Positions 45,042 to 53,772 of a DNA stretch of 64,000 nt are shown here, piece by piece; positions within the stretch are counted from its first letter, which is position 1, and each line of letters starts with the position of its first letter. Under the pieces are notes generated by a model that worked only from the letters and a program-made list of their open reading frames with translations, ran no database searches and had not been told where the DNA came from. The stretch covers positions 8,230 through 72,229 of the forward strand of contig CAVYJB010000002.1 of assembly GCA_963768835.1 (NCBI GenBank), given 5' to 3'. The stretch is from an uncultured bacterium (GTDB lineage: Bacteria > Patescibacteriota > Minisyncoccia > UBA6257 > GWB1-50-10). Position numbers and translations under genes: made by a program.

Positions 45042-47462
45042 CTATTCCTCCTTGATGCGCATCCGGTAGAACGAGCGCCAGACGAAGATCGACCGCGATG
45101 GCGAAAAAGACCGCCGCCATGATCGCGGAGGTCCCGCGCGGGAGCTGATGGCGAGCTCGACGGCCAGGAGCCCGAAGAGCGTCGTGAACTTGATGACGGG
45201 GTTCATCGCCACCGAGGAGGTGTCCTTGAAGGGATCGCCCACGGTGTCGCCCACGACCGTCGCCGCATGGAGCTCGGTGCCCTTCTCCTTGAGCTCGGTC
45301 TCCACGAGCTTCTTCGCGTTGTCCCAGGCGCCGCCGGCGTTGGCCATGAAGATGGCCTGGTAGAGGCCGAAGAGGGCGATGGAGATGAGGTAGCCGATGA
45401 AGAAGTAAGGGTCGAGGCAGGCGAAGGCGAGGGTGGAGAAGAAGACGGCGAGGAAGATGTTGAACATCCCCTTCTGCGCGAACTGCGTGCAGATCTCGAC
45501 GACCTGCTTGGAGTCGGCGACCGAGGCCTTGTCGCTCGACTCGAGCTTGATGTTCTTCTTGATGAACTCCACGGCGCGGTACGCGCCCGCGACGACGGCC
45601 TGCAAGGACGCGCCCGTAAACCAGTAGATGACCGCGCCGCCCGTGATGAGGCCCAGCAGGAACGGCGGGTTGCAGGATGCGAAAGGTTCGAGACGAGGTC
45701 CGCCTGGAGCCCCTTTGTGAGGAGCATGGATGATGGAGAAGATCAGGGTCGTCGCGCCCACCACGGCGGTGCCGATGAGGACCGGCTTCGCGGTCGCCTT
45801 GAAGGTGTTTCCCGCGCCGTCGTTCTCCTCGAGGAACATCTTGGCCGCTCGAAATCCGGCTCAAACCCGAACTCCCTCTGCATCTCCGCCTTCGCGCCCG
45901 GGAGCGTCTCGATGATGCGAGAGCTCGTAGATGGACTGGGCGTTGTCCGTCACCGGGCCGTAGGAGTCCACCGCGATCGTCACGGGCCCGATGCCCAGGA
46001 ACCCGAAGGCCACGAGGCCGAAGGCGAAGACCGCCGGCGCGATCATGATCGAGGCGAACCCCAGCGTGCTGATGCCGTAGGCCACCCCCATGAGGGCGAC
46101 GATCGCGAGCCCCAGCCAGTACGCGCCGAAGTTGCCCGCGGTGAGGCCCGAGAGGATGTTCAGCGACGCGCCGCCTTCCCGCGACGCCGCAGGATCTCCT
46201 CACGTGGCCGGACGAGGTGGAGGTGAAGACTTTCACCAGCTCGGGGATGAGCGCGCCCGCGAGCGTCCCGCAGCTGATGACCGAGGCGAGCTTCCACCAG
46301 AGCGTCCCGTCGCCCAGGCTCGGGATGAGGAGGTAGGATACAGATAGGTCATCGCGATCGAGACGAGGGACGTGAGCCAGACGAGGGACGTGAGCGGCTT
46401 CTCGGAATTCATGGTCGCGGCGTTCTCGTAGCGGGCCTTCGCGGCCGCTTCGTTCAGCCAGTAGGAGCCCGCGCTCGTCACGACCATCATGATGCGCATC
46501 GCGAAGATCCAGACGAGGAGCTGACCTGGGTGACCGCGGACGCCACCGCGAGCAGGATAAAGGTGATGAGGGCGACCCCCGTCACGCCGTACGTTTCGAA
46601 GCCGTCCGCCGTGGGACCTACGGAGTCCCCCGCGTTGTCGCCGGTGCAGTCCGCGATCACGCCGGGGTTGCGGGCGTCATCCTCCTTGATCCGGAAGATG
46701 ATCTTCATGAGGTCCGAGCCGATGTCCGCGATCTTCGTGAAGATGCCGCCCGCCACCCGGAGCGCCGCCGCGCCGAGGGACTCGCCGATGGCGAACCCGA
46801 TGAGGCACGCGCCCGCGAGCTTGCCGGGCACGAAGAGAAGGATGCGAAGCATGATGAGGAGCTCCACGGAGATGAGGAGGGTCCCGACGCTCATCCCGGC
46901 CTGAAGCGGAATGCGGTAGGTGGGATAAGGCTTTCCGCGGAGGCTCGCGAAGGCGGTCCGGGAGTTCGCGAACGTGTTGATGCGCATCCCGAACCACGCC
47001 ACGGAGTAGCTTCCCAGGATGCCGAGGACGCTGAAGGCGAGGATGATAAGGACCCGCGCCGCGCCCATCTGCTCCAGAAACCCGAAGTACACCACGATAA
47101 TGAGCGCCGATGAAGACCTCGAGGATGGCCAGGAACTTTCCCTGCGTCACGAGGTACGTCTTGCACGTCTCGTAGATGAGCTCGGACATCTCCTTCATCG
47201 CGCGGTGCACCGGCAGCGCGCGGATCTTCATGAACATCGTGAGCCCGAAGAGCATGCCGAGGAGACAGACCGCGATCCCGCCGAGAAGGAGCGTGAACCC
47301 GCTCACGCCGAGGAAGGAGACGGTGCTCAGATCGGGAAGGACGATGGATGCCTCGCTCCCGTGCGCCAAGGACGGCAGGAGAAACGCGGCGGCCGTCAGA
47401 ACCGGAGCGCTCCGAAGCGCCCACCGGCGGGACATGATTTTAGAAAATGCGGGGAATTCCAT
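45042..47462 (-). pseudogene. hppA: membrane-bound H+/Na+-translocating pyrophosphatase disrupted by at least 4 frameshifts
   Basis: Five consecutive ORF pieces in different frames carry collinear PPase segments: N-terminus (LPDLSTVSFLGV...), DCTGDNAGDS, DSYGPVTDNAQSIYELS, GDTVGDPFKDTS, C-terminal TMs. Confidence 0.7.
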
Positions 47463-47514
47463 AGTTTGTATAGATTAAATGAAACCGCGCCCCCTGAGGG
47501 CCGGTGGTTTTCGA

Positions 47515-48792
47515 CTATTCTTCTTTGTCTTCGCTTTTTTTCGCCTCTTTTATTTCGGCCGCCGGCGCCTCGCCTTCGTCCGCCGCGGCCGCGGGCGCCG
47601 CAGCTTCCTCGGGAGCGACCGCGATGCCTCCCTCCTGCACCTCCTCGGGGCGGGACTGTGAGCGCACGTCAATCTTCCAGCCGGTCAGCTTCGCGGCAAG
47701 CCGGACGTTCTGGCCTCCTTTCCCAATGGCGAGCGAAAGCTGGTCTTCCTGAACCAGGACCTTGGCTTCCCGGCGCGGCAGCACTTCCACGAGCTTCACC
47801 TTCGCAGGCGAGAGCGCGTTCCCGATGAACTCCGCCGGGTCGTCGGACCACTCGATGATGTCGATCTTCTCGCTCCCGAGCTCGTTCGTCACCGCCATCA
47901 CGCGCGTGCCGCGCTGACCGACCGCCGAACCCACGGGGTCGATGCCTTCCTGGTTCGAGGCGACGGCCACCTTCGTCCGATTGCCGGGCTCGCGAGCGAT
48001 CGCCTTGATTTCCACCGTGTGGTCACCGATTTCCGGGACTTCCATCTCGAAAAGCTTCACCACGAAGCGGGGGTGTGAGCGGGAAAGCACGATGCCGGGG
48101 CGGCGCGCATCGTCCTGCACCGCCACCACGTAGAAACGCATGCGGTCCCCGAGGCGATAGTGCTCGCCCGGGATGGACTCGCTGTGGAAGAGGATGCCCG
48201 CCACCCGGCCGAGGTCCACATAGACGTTTCCCCGGTCGAACCGCTGGATGACCCCGCTCACAATCTCCCCTTCCTTGTCGGCGAACTCCTCCCGGACCGA
48301 AGCGCGCTCCGCCTCCCGTATGTTCTGGAGCACTACCTGCTTGGCCGTCTGGGCCGCGATGCGCCCGAAATCCTCGTGAGGCTCGAGCACGAATTCCAAT
48401 TCCTCACCCGCGGCAACGTCGCTTTTGAGCTTCTTGGCTTCCGCAAGGAAAATATGCCGATCCGGGTTATACCGGGGCAGTCGTTCCTCTTCTTCCTCCG
48501 CCGACAGGGATTCGGGGGGCTCCTCCCCTTCCTCGCCCTCCTCCACGACGCGCACCTCGGAGGGGTCCACGACGGCCTTCACCTGCCAGAACTGAAGCGC
48601 CCCCGTTTTTTGGTCGAACTTCGCGCGGATGACCTCGGTCTTCTTCCGGTATTCTTTTTTGTACGCCGCGGCGATGGCCGCTTCGATGGCCGTAATGACC
48701 TTCTCGGCGGGAATTCCTTTCTCCGCCGCGATCTGCTGCGCCGCCTGCGATAGTGCTTTTAAGTCCATGTTCCTTATAAATTTGCCGCTCAC
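47515..48792 (-). CDS. nusA: transcription termination/antitermination factor NusA
   Basis: NusA N-terminal domain, S1 and two KH domains (AIGKGGQNVRLA); homology suggests true start MDLKAL at 48768; acidic C-terminal tail. Confidence 0.85.
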   Translation of the reverse strand: MSGKFIRNMDLKALSQAAQQIAAEKGIPAEKVITAIEAAIAAAYKKEYRKKTEVIRAKFDQKTGALQFWQVKAVVDPSEVRVVEEGEEGEEPPESLSAEEEEERLPRYNPDRHIFLAEAKKLKSDVAAGEELEFVLEPHEDFGRIAAQTAKQVVLQNIREAERASVREEFADKEGEIVSGVIQRFDRGNVYVDLGRVAGILFHSESIPGEHYRLGDRMRFYVVAVQDDARRPGIVLSRSHPRFVVKLFEMEVPEIGDHTVEIKAIAREPGNRTKVAVASNQEGIDPVGSAVGQRGTRVMAVTNELGSEKIDIIEWSDDPAEFIGNALSPAKVKLVEVLPRREAKVLVQEDQLSLAIGKGGQNVRLAAKLTGWKIDVRSQSRPEEVQEGGIAVAPEEAAAPAAAADEGEAPAAEIKEAKKSEDKEE

Positions 48793-48816
48793 AGAGGAGC
48801 GGTCATCAATAAAAAC

Positions 48817-48844
48817 AATATAGCACCCTGGCGACGAAAGTCAA
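48817..48844 (-). promoter_or_regulatory. nusA promoter TTGACT-N16-TGcTATATT
   Basis: read on minus strand. Confidence 0.55.
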
Positions 48845-48867
48845 CTTACCGAGGACCTGAAAGAGGC

Positions 48868-48902
48868 CTGGATTTGGAATAAAAAGGCTGCCGTACGGTA
48901 TC
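48868..48902 (-). terminator. intrinsic terminator after PnuC-like operon
   Basis: 9-bp stem gctgccgta/tacggcagc then CTTTTTATT on minus strand. Confidence 0.6.
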
Positions 48903-48935
48903 ATACGGCAGCTGTTGAGAGAATGGACCTCAGGT

Positions 48936-49440
48936 TCACCGACTTCGAGTCGATGCCCCGACAACCGAGATAAGAGCTGATGCAATCTGGAAATCGGCGA
49001 AGAAGGTTTGGTCTTTGTCGTACCCCACGATGGCCGCGAGCGCATGCGCCACGGCATACAAACCCCATCCAAGCCGGATGTGGCTGTGGGTGAGATAGTA
49101 GGTCCCGATGAGGAGGGTGATGGAAGCGCAGAACTCCACAAACGTCATGAGCCCCACAAAGACAAAATAGGTCAGGGCGAGCATGACAATCCCGATCACC
49201 ACGAAGAGGAACCGCTCGACTGCTGCATTCCCTTCCTTCTTGAGAAATCCGTACCCCATCAGAATAATCAGACCCATCTCGAGCACCGTGAACACGTAGA
49301 GCCCGATCCGGAAGAAGTAGAACACCCCGAGCATCGCCGCGATAGCCCCGAAGAGCCAGCCCACCTTCTTCCCGACAAGAACAAGTGTTTTGTTGACGAA
49401 GAAAATGAGCGCAACCGCGACCTGAAGAACCTGTGTCATA
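48936..49440 (-). CDS. PnuC-like membrane protein (paralog)
   Basis: 6 TM helices; start MTQVLQVAVALIFF; ORF-track start over-extended. Confidence 0.45.
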
Positions 49441-49461
49441 TAACCCCTCTCTTTCTTGGAA

Positions 49462-50040
49462 TTATGGGGATTGATCCTGCGGCGCCCGCTGCATCCAGAA
49501 CTTTCGCGATGTAAATACCACAATAATGAGACAAAGAATGAAGCATGAGGCCGGGTAGAACCGCTCTTCGACTGACCAGTCCTTGCCACCGAAAGTCGAA
49601 AGGATATTCGCGACGGTGTAGCCGAGATATATGAAGAACGACTGTTCCCACGGTCTCCGGTACGACTCGACAGTTAACGGTATTCCGGCGATAACCATCG
49701 CCAGAGTGCTCGCGATCGTCGCTGTCCAAGGACCCGAGATGCCCCACACAACAAGGCAGATCACCACGAAACACGCCACCATCGTTTCAAACCACGTCCA
49801 TGCAAAATTCTTCGATCTCAGGATCGAGAGCGTCACCGCGGCGCTCCCCAGAGAATATATTGCGGGGAGCAGGTAATTGCCGCCCTGAATGATTATCGTT
49901 GTCGCAGCGATCGCGTCGATCATTGCCCAAAGCGCCCACGTGGCGAAGTTCTGCTTCGATTTGCCCGTGAGGACCTGGAAGCAAAGAAAGAAGTAAATCA
50001 GGATAGCGACAACCGCCCCTGCTTCGGACAGTGTGCTCAC
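49462..50040 (-). CDS. PnuC-like membrane protein (paralog)
   Basis: 6-7 TM helices; GTG start with SD AAAGGAGG; promoter at 50111-50139. Confidence 0.45.
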   Translation of the reverse strand: MSTLSEAGAVVAILIYFFLCFQVLTGKSKQNFATWALWAMIDAIAATTIIIQGGNYLLPAIYSLGSAAVTLSILRSKNFAWTWFETMVACFVVICLVVWGISGPWTATIASTLAMVIAGIPLTVESYRRPWEQSFFIYLGYTVANILSTFGGKDWSVEERFYPASCFILCLIIVVFTSRKFWMQRAPQDQSP

Positions 50041-50110
50041 CTTGCGCCTCCTTTTCCGGCTTAGTTTATGCTCGTTTTTCTAGATTGCGATTGTTCAGTT
50101 TCTGATAAAA

Positions 50111-50139
50111 AATATAGCACTTTCGTGCTATATTGTCAA
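50111..50139 (-). promoter_or_regulatory. promoter TTGACA-N17-TGcTATATT whose spacer forms palindrome ATATAGCAC-N4-GTGCTATAT
   Basis: read on minus strand; same architecture as array repeat B. Confidence 0.6.
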
Positions 50140-50156
50140 TATCCCGGCTCATCCAC

Positions 50157-50531
50157 TCAGGCGAGCTTTTTTAGGCACGCATCCAGCAAATCCACCTTCT
50201 CAGCACTCAAGCTATCACTCATATACCTTACATATTGGGGGAGAAGCTCTTTGAAGATGCCCCGCGTCATCGTCCGGTACTCCTCTACGCTATGGAGATT
50301 CTTCAGTTTTTCTCTGATCTTAGCCACCATGGGGTGCTGCGGGTCGTTGATCTTGGAGCCTTCGTTCGCAATAAATTCCTGGTCCTCGCGTGAGAGCTCA
50401 TGCTGGGTCAACCGCAGGACCTCCATCGCGATCTTCTTCTGAAAATCCAAAAGCGCTTTTTTCTTTTCCTCCTCAGAAAAGTCCAGGATTGAGAAAACTT
50501 CTAGCAAGATTTTCTTCGTTTCCTCATCCAT
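50157..50531 (-). CDS. hypothetical 124-aa acidic/lysine-rich protein (low GC)
   Basis: ORF only. Confidence 0.4.
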   Translation of the reverse strand: MDEETKKILLEVFSILDFSEEEKKKALLDFQKKIAMEVLRLTQHELSREDQEFIANEGSKINDPQHPMVAKIREKLKNLHSVEEYRTMTRGIFKELLPQYVRYMSDSLSAEKVDLLDACLKKLA

Positions 50532-50879
50532 AAATTCAAGAGGGGTTCAGTTCTTATTCAAAGAGAAAATCGAGTAGGAGCAACGGGAGAAGCGTAATCC
50601 CTATAATCAATTCCCAGCTTTCGTGGCGGCTGGCACTTCCTTTTTCGTGTTTGCTGGCCATGGTTTAACATCGAAATTATAGCATTTTTGGGGTCCAGTT
50701 CCTCGGTTCCACCAAATCCAACGGACGGACTACCATCACTCGTTGTTTAGCGAGAGCCTCAGTGGCTCAGCCGACTATGATTGACTTATTATATAAAAAG
50801 TGCTAGAATGTCGCCAGCTATATTGAGAAATATATACTGTTGTATTATCCATTCACTTTACTACAGGAAGGAGTCAGCA

Positions 50880-52148
50880 ATGGGAGAAACTGTTGAATCG
50901 AAGAGTATCGAGCGATCTTCGAGGTTCGCCCCGAACCCGGACATCAAGTTGGTTCTGAACGGCAGCTCGGATATCCTCGACTCCGCGACCATTCCCGTCG
51001 AGTGGCATTTCTCCGACGCGCTTATCGCGAACAACCCCCAATACGTCGTCATCTGCGACCACAGTTATTCCCTGGAGGAGTTCCGGAAGACAGAATACAC
51101 GGATAGCGGTGAGCGGCATCTTTTCAAGGTCCGCGAGCTCATCGGATACATCCAAATCCACAAGGCCGGGCACCACCACCTCGCGCTGCTGGTGTTCTGT
51201 GGGGATCGTGAGGCCGCGCTCGTGTCAGCAATGAACTACGTCAAAAGAGATAGAAACTGGGATTATGCGTATACCCTCTCCTATGACGAGATTGCCAAGG
51301 GCCTTATTGGCTCGGATTGCATGACATCGGCGGTCGAATTCGAGGTGCCGGAAGCGGTCTTCGCGCCAAAGCCGAGATCCGCGTTCGGCCAGCTCATCTG
51401 GGATTGGGTGAACCGCTGGTATTCCGGAACGCCGATTGATGAGTGCCGCTATCGGAAGCGGAAGATCGCGGCGTTCACGATTCAGCCCATCTTCTTCCTT
51501 GTCGGACGCCTTCTCACAGGGGTCTTCGGGACGTTGTATACCCTCCTCGGTTCCGGGGTCCTGTTCTTTTTCGGATGGCGGCCGGTACCGATGTGGAAGA
51601 ATGTCTTCCATGCATGGTGGGACCTCGGCTCGTTCGAGAAGGACCTCCGGCGATACTGGACGTATCGTCTCTGGGAGGACGACGATGACAGCAAGGACAG
51701 GAAGAAACATTGGATGCCCGTGTGGAGCGTTCCGTTTGTTGTCATCTTAGAGCTTGCACTTGCGGGTCTCGTCCTTCTTGTCCTGTATACCATCCTCGTC
51801 TCTATCGGAATACAAACCCTTATCACGGTTGGGATTATTGTCGTATTGGGAGTGACGGCTGGGTGGGCGACCACGAAGTGGGTAGGGTGGTGCAATGTTC
51901 CTGAGCGGCAGGAAGAGCGTCGTGAGCGCAGGGAGAAACGGGAGGAAGTTCGAACTGCGGAGCGTGGGCGCCTGGCGGAGATTGAACGGAAGATGGCGAT
52001 TGCGTTCCTCGCATCGAACGTTTCGCTTGCGACTGCACCGAAGAAGGTGGATGTCGCGGCGGTTCTTCCCAAAGTGGACACGGCGACACGCTTCCGGCTC
52101 AGCTTCTGGGCCACGAAAGCGAAAGTCTGCCGACCGTTCGCGCGGTGA
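50880..52148 (+). CDS. hypothetical membrane protein (about 422 aa)
   Basis: SD AGGAAGGAG before MGETVESKS; soluble N-domain, 4 TM helices, charged coiled C-terminus (ERREKREEVRTAERGRLAEIERK). Confidence 0.5.
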   Translation: MGETVESKSIERSSRFAPNPDIKLVLNGSSDILDSATIPVEWHFSDALIANNPQYVVICDHSYSLEEFRKTEYTDSGERHLFKVRELIGYIQIHKAGHHHLALLVFCGDREAALVSAMNYVKRDRNWDYAYTLSYDEIAKGLIGSDCMTSAVEFEVPEAVFAPKPRSAFGQLIWDWVNRWYSGTPIDECRYRKRKIAAFTIQPIFFLVGRLLTGVFGTLYTLLGSGVLFFFGWRPVPMWKNVFHAWWDLGSFEKDLRRYWTYRLWEDDDDSKDRKKHWMPVWSVPFVVILELALAGLVLLVLYTILVSIGIQTLITVGIIVVLGVTAGWATTKWVGWCNVPERQEERRERREKREEVRTAERGRLAEIERKMAIAFLASNVSLATAPKKVDVAAVLPKVDTATRFRLSFWATKAKVCRPFAR

Positions 52149-52149
52149 G

Positions 52150-52440
52150 AAGGGAATGTTCGTTCCTTGTATCAACCCCCATCTTTTGCGAAAGCAAAGG
52201 ATGGGGCTTTTTATCACCTCCCACAGACGCTGACCTCGTACACCGGGGAACAGAATTGATATAACTTTTGGCTATTTAAAATGTTTCGCGGCAAACAATT
52301 TTAGAAACAAAAAACTGATAAGCTATATTTGACGTGCTTATCAGGTTCTCACAATTTGATAGTGTTTCACATGTTTCACACTATCCTGTCAATAAAATGA
52401 GGTTTTTCAACGTTATCAGGTTTTTCAATATTCCTGGTTT
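52150..52440. repeat. AT-rich intergenic region with short tandem/inverted repeats
   Basis: (C)AGGTTTTTCA x3-4, TGTTTCACA x2, inverted repeat TGATAAGC-N13-GCTTATCA; lies between convergent genes. Confidence 0.5.
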
Positions 52441-52441
52441 T

Positions 52442-53341
52442 TCAGTTTTTCCTGTTTATCCGTTTTAGCAGCTTTTCGACCTCCCGTACCCTCATTTTTA
52501 GATCGCTTTGGAGGGTAGCCCCGACAAAGACCCTGAGGAGGGGTTCCGTATTGGAGGGACGAACGTTCAGGACCCAGCCGCCGAACTCGAGCGTCAGCCC
52601 ATCAATGACGGAGGACCGAACGCTCTTTTTCCCATAGGCGTTGCGGACCTCTTTGATAAGTTTCGATGGGTCCGCCGCTTGGACGTTAAATTGCTCGGAA
52701 TGGAAAGGCGTGGGAAGAAGATCCACGAACGCCGCGAGTCCGTAAGGAAGCCGGGAGACCGCGTTCAGGACGCGCACCGCCGAGAGGATGCCGGAATCCT
52801 GGCCGTAGAACTCCTGGAAATAATAGTGCCCGGAGTACTCCGCGGCCGCGCCGGCGCGTAGCGTCCGCATCTTCCTCTTAATGAAGAAGGAGCCGACCCG
52901 GGAGGGGAAGGTTCGGGGCGCGAGAAGCCCGGCCATCCTCAGCGATTCGTAGGTCAGGATATCGGCGATGAAAGGCGGCCGGCTCTCCATGAAAAGGAGG
53001 TGGGCGATGACATGGCTTGGGACGGGTCGCCCCCGATCGTCCGCGTAAAAGGCCCGGTCCCCGTCCGCATCGAAGACAACCCCGATGTCCGCCCGGTGCT
53101 CTCGCACCTCGCGGGCGAGGCACGCCTGGGCCCTCGGGAGGAGGGGATTCGGCCCGTGCGCCGGGAAGTTGCCGCTCAGGCGCTTGTTCGCGAGAAACAA
53201 CCGGAGGCGGGGATTGCGCGCATAGACTTTGGGAACGATGAGCTCTGTTGGGCCGTTCGAGCAGTCGAAGACGGCGCGCAACGGGCGCCGGAGATCGGCG
53301 AACGTGCGGAGGAACGCGGCGTACCGGTCGGCGTAGGTCAT
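52442..53341 (-). CDS. phosphomannomutase/phosphoglucomutase, domains II-IV (split from domain I)
   Basis: FDADGDR metal-binding loop, SGHYYF, RPSNTEPLLRV sugar/phosphate-binding motifs. Confidence 0.75.
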   Translation of the reverse strand: MTYADRYAAFLRTFADLRRPLRAVFDCSNGPTELIVPKVYARNPRLRLFLANKRLSGNFPAHGPNPLLPRAQACLAREVREHRADIGVVFDADGDRAFYADDRGRPVPSHVIAHLLFMESRPPFIADILTYESLRMAGLLAPRTFPSRVGSFFIKRKMRTLRAGAAAEYSGHYYFQEFYGQDSGILSAVRVLNAVSRLPYGLAAFVDLLPTPFHSEQFNVQAADPSKLIKEVRNAYGKKSVRSSVIDGLTLEFGGWVLNVRPSNTEPLLRVFVGATLQSDLKMRVREVEKLLKRINRKN

Positions 53342-53727
53342 GGACGGAAAATGAGCCGCTGGATTTCCTTCCCGCTCATCGGAAGGCCGTGCGCCCCGAG
53401 AACCTTAAGCCCGTTGTATTCCTTCGGATTGTGGGAGGCGGTCACCATGATGCCTCCCGCGGCCGGAAGCGCGTTCGCGAAGTAGTAGAACATGGGCGTC
53501 GTGGCGAGCCCCAGCGCGATGAGGCGGCGGCGCCCCGACGCTTCAAGCCCTGCCTGCACGGCGCGGTAGAGCGCCAAGGAGCTTCGCCGCCCGTCGTGCC
53601 CCACCACCACGGGTCCTTTTCCGAAAAACGCCCCGAGCCCGCGGGCGATGACGCCCGCATCCGCGACATCGAACTCTACAGGAACACGTCCGCGGATGTC
53701 ATAGGCGCGAAAGATTTTCGGGCTCAT
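53338..53727 (-). CDS. phosphomannomutase/phosphoglucomutase domain I (split from domains II-IV)
   Basis: Active-site serine loop GGIMVTASHNP; stop TGA overlaps downstream ATG (ATGA). Confidence 0.7.
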   Translation of the reverse strand: MSPKIFRAYDIRGRVPVEFDVADAGVIARGLGAFFGKGPVVVGHDGRRSSLALYRAVQAGLEASGRRRLIALGLATTPMFYYFANALPAAGGIMVTASHNPKEYNGLKVLGAHGLPMSGKEIQRLIFRP

Positions 53728-53772
53728 TTCCTTGAATTCTAACCCCGTTTGGACTTTAATTGAAATGCCTTC

